From assembly GCF_006345805.1 (NCBI RefSeq), contig NW_021835446.1, positions 1-40,198 on the forward strand: 40,198 nucleotides of DNA, given 5' to 3'. Shown here in pieces: positions 1 through 11,262 of this stretch. Positions within the stretch are counted from its first letter, which is position 1. Every line of letters begins with the position of its first letter. The translations under genes were made by a program, and so were the position numbers. This DNA comes from Octopus sinensis (Eukaryota). The notes beneath the pieces are model-generated. The model searched no databases, had not been told where the DNA came from, and was given only the letters and a program-made list of their open reading frames with translations.

Positions 1-344
1 ACTGCTACCACAATTGCTATCGCTACCATCAGCTTCACCGAAGCAACAACAGAAACTATACCACTACCGACTAAAAATTATATTTTAATGTTTACATAGA
101 TGTTTTACATACTGCTTTCATTAATGGCCTCACTGGGTTTTTTTTTCAAACGCCAGCGTTCTTTTCTTCTTTTTACTTGTTTCTGAAATCTTGAGCAGAA
201 ATACAAGACATACTATACAAACTGGTCAGCTTATTGCGTTTTCACAGCATGAAACAAATAGCAGCTCTAATTAAAATCTTGAGTATGTTAAATGATATTA
301 ATCTCTCACGGGAGGGAATAATTTTTTGTTGATCCCACCAGTAA

Positions 345-740
345 CGGAGCAGTGGGGTAAATAGCTTGCTTACCAAACACATGGTTCCGGGTTCGGTCCC
401 ACAGCGTGGCACCTTGGGCAAGTGTTTTCTTCTATAGTCTCGGGCTGACCAAAGCCTTGTAAGTAGATTTGGTAGACGGACACTGAAAGAAGCCCGACGT
501 GTGTGTATATATATGTATACGTATGTGTGTGTATATTTTTGTGTGTCTGTGTTTGTCCCCTCCACCATCACTTGGCAACCGATGCTGGTGTCGTTACATC
601 CCGTAACTTAGCGGTTTGGCAAAAACACTGACAGAATAAGTACTAGTCTTACCAAGAATAAGTCCTGGGGTCAACTTACTCGACTAAAAGCGGTTCTCCA
701 GCATGGCCGCAGTCAAATGACTGATACAAATAAAAGAATA
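345..740 (+). mobile_element. tRNA-derived SINE, family A (head + internal TA/GT microsatellite + body + hairpin tail)
   Basis: tRNA-like head with B-box GGTTCGGTCC, then CCTTGGGCAAGTG core, internal microsatellite, body, and tail CCAGCATGGCCGCAGTCAAATGACTGA. The same modules recur at 6372-7160, 12705-12876 and 30909-31272. Confidence 0.85.
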
Positions 741-1229
741 TATATATATATACACACACACCACATTCATATATACATACATACGTACATATATATATAT
801 ATATGTCCTGTACTCATATATATATATATATGCATGTATATATACATGTAGATGTAAGTATGTACATATATGTATGTATATATACATATACTTTATCTAT
901 TTATTATATTATATGACCGAACGCACGCGTTATTTCTCTTCTCCAAGTAAGTTTTTATTTGAATAATCATGACGCGCACTCTTCGACCTTTCCTCCCTGC
1001 CTGTCTGTCTTCCTCTACTTGTCTCTCTCCTTCTTATTTTTCACCCTTACTGGTATTCTTTTCCCCCTCTCTCTCTCTCTCCTCCTCCTCCTCCTCCTCC
1101 TCCTCCTGACCAGAGGGCTGCTAAAACTTTCTTTCAGCTTCGTGCTTCAACAAGTATAGATCGACTTCTGTCCTTCGTAAGCCGATTTTTCACATGCGTT
1201 CTAACTAGTTTTTCCACCGTCTAGGCAAA

Positions 1230-1590
1230 AAAAGCCCTTATTGTTGGTTCCCTGTCCTGTTTCATTATTTGTACTGTTTTTCGTCATTTGTATTGTCTTT
1301 TTTCTTTTGTATTGGTTTTACGTCCTGTTTTTGCCACTTGTTTTACCCCTCTGCAAAAGAATTTCATTTAAATCCTTTTGCAGGAAGGACTGCTTCGGCC
1401 GTGTTCTGTCCTTACCTTCGAAACACGCATTGAGTCGAACCAGGGACAGCTGATGAAGGGGAATTTTCCTTGTATTGTTTGTCCTGTACTCTGTTTTTTC
1501 GTTGTTTAAAAAGAAAGTCCGTTTCCTTGTTTGATTTTATGTTTTCGTATCTCGTTGTGTTCTACGTTTATTTGTGGTGTCCTGTACTCA
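1230..1590 (+). mobile_element. possible Penelope-like element terminal fragment
   Basis: T-rich segment containing TTCGAAAC and CAGCTGATGAAGG motifs of the kind seen in PLE terminal repeats. No ORF; the assignment is by resemblance only. Confidence 0.3.
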
Positions 1591-1686
1591 TATATACATA
1601 TATATATATGCATGTATATATACATGTAGATGTAAGTATGTACATGTATGTATGTAATATGCATATATTTTATTTATTTATTATAT

Positions 1687-1718
<32 letters not shown>

Positions 1719-1728
1719 ATAGAGGGAG

Positions 1729-1806
<78 letters not shown>

Positions 1807-1872
1807 TATGTGTGTGTGTGTTTTGTGGTGTATATATATATATGTTACTTCCCCTGAACTTTCCTTTCTCCT

Positions 1873-1908
1873 CTTTCTGACGAAGAGCTATGCTTGGAAT
1901 ATTAAAAG
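1873..1908 (+). ncRNA. degenerate minimal hammerhead-like motif (PLE terminal repeat remnant)
   Basis: cttt-CTGACGA-a-gagc-tat-gctt-GGAATATTA-aaag. Core, stem II and stem I (cttt/aaag) are present, but the GAAA box is mutated to GGAA. Confidence 0.45.
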
Positions 1909-2069
1909 CCCACTCGCTTTCCCAACTTTACTGGGCCTGAAGCTAATACATTCCATATGCACGTCCCTTTGTTGCTTTGTTATTTGTTAATTTTAATGTT
2001 CAATACGACTTGACCGTATACATACATACATGCATACATACATACACAAATACATATATATATATAAAT

Positions 2070-2133
2070 GGCGGTGCCCGAGCAAGGCCACAGCTCGTGA
2101 GCTGAAACTAGATAAAATAAGAAAATAAAAAAT

Positions 2134-2135
<2 letters not shown>
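2070..2135 (+). mobile_element. isolated 3' tail of the SINE A/CR1-like LINE type
   Basis: GGCGGTGCCCGAGCAAGGCCACAGCTCGTGAGCTGAAAC followed by an A-rich tail. Same tail as SINE A with a different hairpin sequence. Confidence 0.7.
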
Positions 2136-2181
<46 letters not shown>

Positions 2182-2425
2182 ATTTATTTATTTATAAATA
2201 AGGATAATATCGATATTTAAATATCGATCTTATCAAGTTGCCAGCATGGGAATACATACCATACAAAGGTAATAATAATTTAAAACTATAAATAAGTGTA
2301 TCTGGGAGATATCACCATGCCGAAATAGCAGTGAAAACCCTAAAAACCACCTTAAATGTTCATATCCCGCCATGAGATAAGACAGAGAGACAAAATAAAC
2401 TAGCAAAAAAAGATTTTACTGGATA

Positions 2426-2484
2426 ATTCAAGATCCTGGATTTCTGACTTTGCTTCAAATAAGCACTGCCTTCGTCAGTTGAAT
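2426..2484 (-). ncRNA. type I hammerhead ribozyme fold, near-canonical
   Basis: Minus strand: attcaa-CTGACGA-a-ggc..tgctt atttg aagca..gtc-a-GAAA-tcc a gga-TC-ttgaat. Stem I is a perfect 6 bp, stem III is near-palindromic, and the triplet is AUC. Confidence 0.65.
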
Positions 2485-2682
2485 ATACCAGATGGGCACA
2501 TAAATACAAATATATATATATAATATATATATATACAGAACATACGTTATACTTACATATGCGAACGTCCATACATACATATATATGCACGTATGTACAA
2601 GACCAGTCTGAATTGCCCGCCAACCACCTCACAAGCGCGATATTGTCACAAATGAACACCGCAGTGAATACAGTGACGAATT

Positions 2683-2738
2683 ATAGGCGCAGCGATGGCT
2701 GTGTGGTAAGGAGCTTGCTTGATTCCCAACCAGGAGTT
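2683..2738 (+). mobile_element. SINE A 5' head fragment, truncated near a Helitron end
   Basis: ATAGGCGCAGCGATGGCTGTGTGGTAAGGAGCTTGCTT matches the heads of other family A copies. Confidence 0.7.
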
Positions 2739-2753
2739 CTAATTTATAACATA

Positions 2754-3146
2754 CTAGCACTATCGCCCAGCGTTGCTCGGGTTTGTAAGGGAAATAACTA
2801 TATAAACATTTTTAGAGAGTTATAACCAAAAATAACAAAAAAAATGCATTAAAAATGGAAAAAAAATGATGGTAAATTTTTTTTAAATCGTTGACTCATC
2901 GTAGACATTTTTAGAGAGTTACTTCCCTTAAAAAAAATATGCATGAAAATGGAAAAAAATGATGGTAAATTATTTTAAAATCGTAGACTCATCGTAGACG
3001 CGCGCTAATACCCAGAAGGGCTCGATATGAATCACGACTATAAAATACCCGGTTTTGGTTAAACTGCACCGCAAAATGTGGGAGTAGTTAGGAATCTAAA
3101 TCGAAGGGGACAGACACTCACACAACTACAGTTTTATATATATAGA
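2754..3146 (-). mobile_element. non-autonomous Helitron
   Basis: Minus strand starts A|TCTATATATATAAAAC and ends with hairpin CCCGAGCAACGCTGGG, a short spacer and CTAG|T. No TSD. Internal ~100 bp tandem duplication at about 2810-3000. Confidence 0.8.
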
Positions 3147-3510
3147 TATATATAAACATATACACATACAAAGACACAAATAGTAGCGTGTCCCTATGCG
3201 TGTATGTGTATGCTTCTTTTCAAATAAACATGCTTTTAGCACTGCTATGAAAAGTCATAGAACATGACTTAACCACAGATCTTTTGTTCTTTGTCTTTAA
3301 ATGAAGATACCAATAAGACTAGTTTCTTTTGTTTCGAAAGTTTCTTACACATTCCTAAACACAAGGAAGTTTGTGTATGGCATAGAGTAATAAATGGTTA
3401 ACATTTCATACTCACTAATTAAATGTTTAGTAAAAATACAATTTTTGAGATTTTAATGAAAGGCGTAGGCAAATTGCTACTTATTACTAGTACCCGAGTT
3501 TGGGTTGCAG

Positions 3511-3586
<76 letters not shown>
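3511..3586. repeat. (TCTA)n microsatellite
   Basis: Directly visible. Confidence 0.98.
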
Positions 3587-3587
3587 C

Positions 3588-3893
3588 CATTGACCGAGGT
3601 TACCGTGGTCCTTTTCCGTAGGCTTTTCTTTCCGGGTAAACCTCACCTGTCCTCCCCTTTACACTTCATATTGACATTTCTGTGATAACGATCCCTATTG
3701 ATCAATTTTTTTTTCCTCTCCCCCTTTTTTTTAACCCCCCTTTTTTTGTCCTCTTTCTCTCCTTTTACGATCCCTTTTGATCGAAACTCCCCCTCCCTTC
3801 CTTTCTTTTTTTTTTTTTAAACCTTCAAAAGAAAAGCTCTACCTTGTAATTTGTTCTATCTGTGTGCAGCCCTGTGTGGCTAATAAAGAAACA
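3588..3893 (+). mobile_element. 3' UTR-only copy of a non-LTR retrotransposon (probable Tx1/L1-like)
   Basis: Homologous to 4159-4454, ends GCCCTGTGTGGCTAATAAAGAAAC and is flanked by (TCTA)n on both sides. Confidence 0.7.
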
Positions 3894-3929
3894 TATCTAT
3901 CTATCTATCTACCTACCTATCTATCTATC

Positions 3930-4454
3930 TGGTGGACGCGTCTGAAAGGATTGGAGACAAACACTTTCCTCTCCGGTCAATCTCTCATCAACTTCTTCAA
4001 GTATCACTTGAAAATGAAAATGAGAGTAGAGAGGCAAGTTTTGTCTAGCGAATGTTTTAAAAAAAGATGGGTGAATGTAGCAAGGATGGCACGTATGAAC
4101 CCAGAAATTGAAAACAGAGGGTTACCCACTTGCAAACAAATGTGGTAACATGTAACAACATTGACCGAGGTTACCGTGGTCTTTTCCGTAGGCTTTTCTT
4201 CCCATGGATAAACCTTAGCTGCTTACTCCTTCACACCTTACATCATGACACTGTGATACACGATCCCTATTGATAATTTTTTTCTTTTTTCTTTTCTTTT
4301 ATTTCTTTTCCTTTTTTTCTTTTTTTTTCTTCTTTCCCTTTTACGATCTCTTTTGATCGAAAACCTACCCCACCTTTTTTTCCCCCAAAAAAGAAAAGAT
4401 CTACTTTGTAATCTGTCCCGTCTGTGTGCAGCCCTGTGTGGCTAATAAAGAAAC
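3930..4454 (+). mobile_element. 5'-truncated non-LTR retrotransposon: ORF2 C-terminus plus 3' UTR (probable Tx1/L1-like)
   Basis: Open frame 3930-4148 reads WWTRLKGLETNTFLSGQSLINFFKYHLKMKMRVERQVLSSECFKKRWVNVARM, resembling Tx1-type ORF2 ends (by recall). Followed by a T-rich UTR and AATAAA, with (TCTA)n flanks. Confidence 0.55.
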
Positions 4455-4476
4455 ATATCTATCTATCTATCTATCG

Positions 4477-4508
<32 letters not shown>

Positions 4509-4531
4509 GTCTGTCTGTCTGTCTGTCTGTC

Positions 4532-4563
<32 letters not shown>

Positions 4564-5239
4564 ATCTATATATCTATATATCTATATAATATTATATATA
4601 TATGTATTTATGTATAGACAAATACATTATTTACAAATACTTTTCCGGACACCAATACCTGCTTCTAATAATCCCTCGTTTAAAATAGCGAAAGTTAAAA
4701 TAAAGACTGAACTTCATATAATAATCTAAGGCTCCGCAGGCTTGGCTTCAATCCTGTCACTAAAATCGATTAAGCGAATGTATGAATATCAGCATATAAG
4801 AATGCTGGCTTCATAAGACCTAAATGAGAGAACCGTTCGAACACTGTCCGTCCTGCAGATAATACCACACATTACAGAAAAAAAATATTGCAGAAATACT
4901 AAGCAAAACAGTGAAACTGTCCATAACACAATCAATAAATATGGACGAACATTAGCGCTTCTTCCTGAAGCAAAAGCTAAGAAAATGGAAAAAAAAAAGA
5001 AGGAACCGGGGAAATTATCACCAAATATAACCAGGTTCCATATAATATTTTTCCAGCAAAACCAACTGGAACATCAGTACGATATATAACCTAATTTACA
5101 GAGTTCTACCGCGGTATTATCCAGGGAAACTGAGTTTGATCATAAGAAACTAAGTCACTCCTTACCCATGACCACCGCGAAACAACAGCAATAAAAAAAG
5201 GCAGCTGAGAGAAAATATATTATAGAAAATCAACAAAAA

Positions 5240-5965
<726 letters not shown>

Positions 5966-6190
5966 CGATAACATTTTGAACATCCTTCATTGAAAACACT
6001 GGGGAACCCGAAACTACAGATCGGTAACCTCTTTAGCAGCAGTAACAGTAGTAGTAGTAATTGTTGTAGTAGTAGTAGTAAATGTATGTATGTGTGTGTG
6101 TATGTGTACGTTTTATGTCAAGTCATACATAAAGACAAATAAAAATAAAACTGAAGAAATACTCAATACCTTTTAGAAGTCGAAGAATAC

Positions 6191-6234
6191 ACAGCCTGAT
6201 GAAAGCAAGTAAACTGAAACTTCGAATTCACTGT
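6191..6234 (+). ncRNA. degenerate minimal type I hammerhead
   Basis: acagc-CTGATGA-a-ag caagtaaa ct-GAAAC-ttcgaa-TTC-actgt. Two substitutions (16.2 and 1.1) separate it from a perfect fold with palindromic ACTTCGAAGT. Confidence 0.5.
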
Positions 6235-6371
6235 CCACCTCGAAAATGAATACATACAAATGTATGTGTGTATTTATAATTAAAGAAATAAGGTTTAGAA
6301 CGTAGGCATTAAATGCAGTACCCAAACCTTTTTCAGGTTCCAGGTACTCTCTCTCTCAATATATATATATT

Positions 6372-6594
6372 TTTTGTTCTTTTATTCTTATACTTGTTTC
6401 AGTCACTTGACTGTAGCTATGCTGGAGCACCGCCTTTAGTAGAGCAAATCGACCTCAGGACTTATTCTTTGTAAGCCTAGTACTTTTCTGTCGGTACTCT
6501 CACCAAACCGCTAAGTTACGGGGGCGTGAACACACCAGCATCAGTTGTCAAGCGATGTTGGGGGACAAACACAGACACACAAACGCAAACACAC

Positions 6595-6647
<53 letters not shown>

Positions 6648-6648
6648 C

Positions 6649-6682
<34 letters not shown>

Positions 6683-7160
6683 GGCCTAGTGGTTAGGGCA
6701 GCGGACTCGCGGTCGTAGGATCGCGGTTTCGATTCCTAGACCGGGCGTTGTGAGGCTCAGTCAGCGGGTGGTGATCCCTGCTGTAATCTTTTGCCACAAC
6801 TTTCTCTCACTCTTCTTCTGTTGGCCTGCTCGCTTAGCCAGCGGGTGGCGTCATTTGAAGGCTAAAACAATGCGAACGCATGTGACCAGCGATGTTGTAA
6901 ACTACATCTGTTAGCACTGTAGCCAGGGGGTAACGAAGCATGTGTCACGGTGATCACGGTGATATATATATATATATATTATAATATATATATATATACG
7001 ACGGCCTTTCTTTCAGTTCAGTTTCCGTATACCAAATCCACATCACAAGCTTTGGTCGGCCCGAGGTTATAGTAGAAGACACTTGCCCAAGGTGTCACGC
7101 AGTGGAACTGAACCCGGGACCATGTGGTTGTGAAGCAAGCCACTTACCGCACAGCCACTC
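6372..7160 (-). mobile_element. SINE A, interrupted by SINE C
   Basis: Tail and body at 6372-6600 and head at 6998-7160, both the reverse complement of 345-740 modules. Confidence 0.85.
6681..6963 (+). mobile_element. tRNA-derived SINE family C, inserted in (TA)n
   Basis: A-box TGGCCTAGTGGTTAGG and B-box-like GGTTTCGATTCC. Head matches 36764-36690 (minus); 3' part matches 30800-30908. Confidence 0.8.
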
Positions 7161-7179
7161 TTATATATATATATATGTA

Positions 7180-7672
7180 CATCAATGGAACAGCTGAGCT
7201 ACTGGGAGAGACTGAAAGAGCTAGGACGGGAGAGGTATGCAGTGATATATGTGTGGAAGATACTGGAGAGCTTGGCACCAACTTTGTAATCGAGAGCTAT
7301 ACCAGACCCCGAATTGGACGTCACTGCACTGTTCGAAAGGTCCCAGCTGTCCCATCAAGAGTGAAGACAATGTACTGCATTGACGGATATTCGAGGGCCC
7401 ACAACTATTTAACGCCTTACCAAATCATCTGAGAGATCTTCATGGAGTGAGGGGGGGGGTAGATGTTTTCAAGAAACAACTTGACCTCCTGTTAGCCAAG
7501 GTTCTAGCTGAACCAATAATAACAAGGCAGGAGACTCAAAAGGGCAGCAGTGTCGAATTCTCTTCTTTTTGAAAAGCCGATCACGTAAGATTGGCCATTA
7601 GAAAGGTGGTTGTACCGGCGGCACCCCATCATGGCCAAAGCCTTAGGGCCGAAACGTATAAAAGAATAAAAA
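7180..7672 (+). mobile_element. CR1/L2-group LINE 3' fragment
   Basis: Frameshifted ...RYAVIYVWKILE..PNF.IESYTRPRIGRHCTV..., RGPQLFNALPNHLRDLHG..VDVFKKQLD, then a hairpin tail and A-rich end. Confidence 0.75.
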
Positions 7673-7718
7673 ATTATGCGTGTTTCTGTGTGTATGTATG
7701 TATATATATATATTATAT

Positions 7719-7749
<31 letters not shown>

Positions 7750-7837
7750 ATATATATATATATGTGTATATATATAGTATGTATATATATATATATATAT
7801 ATTATTATATATATATAATATAATATATATCCTATAT

Positions 7838-8312
7838 AATCCTTAATCCTTAAATCCTTAAAAATGTTTTAGCCCGAAGGCCGCGGCCATGCTGGGGCAC
7901 CACCGCTGAATGAGCTACACTAGTTTGTGAATCCACCTCTGATACGTGGCACTTGATCAACAAGGGAGTTCGATGCTGCTGCCCGCATCCGTGTCTCCTG
8001 TCGTGAGGTAGGTTCATCTGGGACTCCCACAAGAAGAGATCCAGTTTAGTTTTAAAGAGACCCCATCCACACCATGTAAGTCTCTCAGGCATTTAGGGAG
8101 GATGTTAAAGAGCTGTGGTCCTCTGAAACCCAAGCTGTTGCAGTATCTGGACCTGTATTTTGATGGTGATGTTGGAATCCTTGGCACCACGCAGCGGCGC
8201 CCCGTTCTGCGGTTGGAGTAACTTTGAATGCCAAAGTTTGGGACAAGACCCTCCAGGATTTTCCAGATGTATATCACTGCATATCTCGCCCGCCTCGTGG
8301 AACACGAGTTGT
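7838..8312 (-). mobile_element. CR1/L2-group LINE 3' fragment, same family as 7180-7672
   Basis: ORF 8014-8415 contains TRRARYAVIYIWKILEGLVPNFGIQSYSNRRTGRRCVVPRIP...RGPQLFNILPKCLRDLHG. Tail GGTGCCCCAGCATGGCCGCGGCCTTCGGGCTAAAAC followed by AAGGAT(T) repeats. Confidence 0.8.
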
Positions 8313-8313
8313 G

Positions 8314-8510
8314 ATATATAAAAAAGGAAATGAAGAAAATGCTGATAAGAGGACAAAATCTATCAGAAAGTAACTCTATCTCTCTTAAAAAAACATCTTT
8401 TGATAAGCATAACAAATGCGCAACCGGTAAAAAGAACTTTCACCTAATTAAATTACTTAAATTACTTAAATTAATTTTTGTCAGCATTTTCTTCATTTCC
8501 TTTTATATAT
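8314..8510. mobile_element. TA-flanked foldback element with an internal hammerhead-like motif
   Basis: The 24-nt block AAAAGGAAATGAAGAAAATGCTGA (8322-8345) is the exact reverse complement of 8481-8504. Confidence 0.75.
8396..8435 (+). ncRNA. minimal hammerhead-like fold with U3-A8 core (A13 mutated)
   Basis: tctt-TTGATAA-gcat-aacaa-atgc-GCAAC-CG-GTA-aaaaga. Confidence 0.55.
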
Positions 8511-9281
8511 ATATATATACATATAATATATATATATATATATAGATTATATATACATATATATATATACCTGTAATATAATATATATATATGTATGTGT
8601 GTATGGATGTATACGTACATACCTACACACACAAAGACATTGATAGGTATAATGTATATACATGTACATGCATGAATATATATATATGTGTGTGTGTGTG
8701 TGTATATACATATATATATATCATATATATATCTATATATATATATTATACATAATATACATACACACACACACACACACACACCCATATATATATATAT
8801 ATATATAATATATATATAATATATTTATATAATACGAGTGCTTCTTTGCGTGTGCGTGTGTGTATGTCTGTGTGTGTGCATGTGTGTATGTAGGTGAGTA
8901 TATATATATGTGCATGTGGGTGTATATATTTGTGCGTGTATGTATGTGGCTGCATATATGTGTGTATGTGTATGCATGTGTATGTGTGTGTATGTCTCCA
9001 ACAGTTTAGTTACTCATCTAAAAGATAATATTATTATGGCTGAGAGAGTAGAAAAAACTATCAGGTGTGGATATATGTTGCTGCAAATAACAGCGCGGCT
9101 TTTGATAACCCAAGCAGTTACCGGAAAGAAAAAAAAGAAAAGGCGATATCGAAAACAACAACAAGGGAAAACTCATTTAAAATATGCATTGAAAGAAAGA
9201 AAAGGTTTAAACATGTTTATGGATTGATTATCGAGAAAATTGCAACAGCATAACACGTTCGTGTATACAGGAGATACTAAA

Positions 9282-9340
<59 letters not shown>

Positions 9341-9367
9341 AACCACATCTATATATATATATATATA

Positions 9368-9422
<55 letters not shown>

Positions 9423-9428
9423 ATATTG

Positions 9429-9643
9429 TATAAATGATCGTGGATAAGGCCAAAACATGCGAAGTAAATGCAAGGTAAATCACAAAAAAAAACAAGTATG
9501 TGAATGAATGCAGATTTACCTTGTATTCAATATTTGGGGTTATGACCCCATCCTCAAGAAATTGACGAATGTTGCCGATGTGCGTGTGATTTTTTTACCT
9601 TGCGTTTATTTCACATTGTTTCGCCTTACCCACGATCTTTATA
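9429..9643. mobile_element. TA-flanked foldback element (~50 bp imperfect arms)
   Basis: TATAAATGATCGTGGATAAGGCC...GCAAGGTAAATCACA versus the reverse complement of TGTGATTTTTTTACCTTGCG...GCCTTACCCACGATCTTTATA. Confidence 0.7.
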
Positions 9644-9682
9644 TGATATATCCTACACAATGCTTGACAGTAATTATTCCAT

Positions 9683-9740
<58 letters not shown>

Positions 9741-9842
9741 TTATATGTAGAAAAATACAAACTGGGACAAGAACGCAAAACACTTAGAAGACGATACAAA
9801 GTGTGTGTGTGTGTGTATGTGTGGGTGTGTGTATGTATACAA

Positions 9843-9998
9843 TATGGCGTGGCTGTGTGGTAAGATGCTTGCTTCCCAACCACAATGTTCCGGGTTCGAT
9901 CCTGCTGCATGACACCTTAGGCTTTTACTATAGACTCCGGGAGACCCAATACTCATAAGTGGATTTGAGAGACTGGAACTGAAAGAAACCCGTCGTAT
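9843..9998 (+). mobile_element. SINE A head/core fragment
   Basis: GGCTGTGTGGTAAGATGCTTGCTTCCCAACC...GGAACTGAAAGAAACCCGTCG. Confidence 0.75.
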
Positions 9999-10019
9999 AA
10001 ACAAATACATACACAAACG

Positions 10020-10064
<45 letters not shown>

Positions 10065-11104
10065 TGGTAAAAACGGTAAGATAACAAAAGAAAGAATGGG
10101 ACCTCAATATTATCCAGTTTGATGATAGGTAAAGTTGACCCCAGCGAGGTTTGAATCCAGTGACTAGAATACCATAACAATTATCACAAGACATTTGTCT
10201 GACTCGCTACTGACTTTACTAATCCACTGACTCTTATAACTGTACGAACTAAAAAAAAAGTATTCCATTTTTTGTTACTGAGAAAAGACGAAATGCTGAT
10301 TGATTTCATTGTTGTAAGTGCTATGTGGTACGTTTTTGGTGATTTACGAGAGTAGAGGAGACAATTTCTCCTCGATTAAGTTAAGCCAGATATGAAAGTT
10401 TAGTGTTTATAAAAAAGAGTATAGAAGGTGTACATACAGACTATACACATTCAGTAGTTGTTTTCCTATACATTATAGGGGTCTAAAAGTTTCTAGTCTA
10501 TTGTAGCCATCTATACCGGTATTTCATTCTTTTGCGAAATCGTCATTACAGCATCACCTGAGACAAATATATTAAGCTAAATTCAGCATTTTAAGAATAT
10601 AGACATTTCAGATAGAGAGACATTGGCAAATGACTTAAAATGCTTTCCTTATTTTTTTCAATATTGAAAAAAATATACCGGAGATAAATTGGGGTGAAGA
10701 GAGAGGAAGAAGGTGAGAAAGAGAAAGAAAATGTGAGAGAAAAGGAGAGAGAGAGAGAGAGAGGGGGAGCGAGAGAAAGGTGCAAGTGTAATCTATTGAA
10801 TTATCTTTAAGGATTAAAATAAAACGTTAATCTTGGTGAGATTAAAATTTTTTTTGTTAAATGTTAGAATGCAAAGGGACGTAACTCAAATAGAACAAGT
10901 CAAGTTTTTTATAATCCAGTTTCTATCACTTCACAACGATTTATGGTTCTTATGAATATACTAGGAATTATTAAAATAAAAGTTGAAGAAATAAAATTTA
11001 GATAAAGCACAAATAGGCAAGATAGCATTGAAAATTAAAAATAAAGAGAAGAGAAAAAATATTCTATAACATTAGTGAAATAATCTGACGACACATTAAC
11101 AGAA

Positions 11105-11262
11105 CGGAATGAAAGAGAAAATAAAAACTGTATGTGAAATAGTGAGGAAACAAAATGAAATAACTAAAACAGATGTAAATCGCCTAATTTACGCAACAGA
11201 CCGTTTAATATCTGAAGAATCCGGCATTGAATCAATCATAGGAAACAAGCAATATAACGAGT
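11105..11262 (+). mobile_element. possible highly decayed R4/Dong-like N-terminal ORF fragment
   Basis: ITKTDVNRLIYATDRLISEESG resembles the 'ELNxLIYAxAxVVSExLG' segment of R4-type ORFs (by recall only). Confidence 0.3.

Noticed and set aside
1445-1470. CTGATGA as a hammerhead core
   Set aside because: No downstream GAAA or stem III, and a permuted fold with the upstream GAAAC does not pair convincingly.
2209-2228. Perfect 20 bp palindrome ATCGATATTTAAATATCGAT
   Set aside because: AT-rich and built from a duplicated self-palindromic word; no associated structure.
3487-3510. Second Helitron-like 3' end (CGGGTACTAG|T on the minus strand)
   Set aside because: Only about 24 bp, with no matching 5' end.
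6681-6750. tRNA gene (also 36690-36764, 345-420, 34056-34125)
   Set aside because: A and B boxes are present, but no complete cloverleaf is seen and most continue into SINE bodies.
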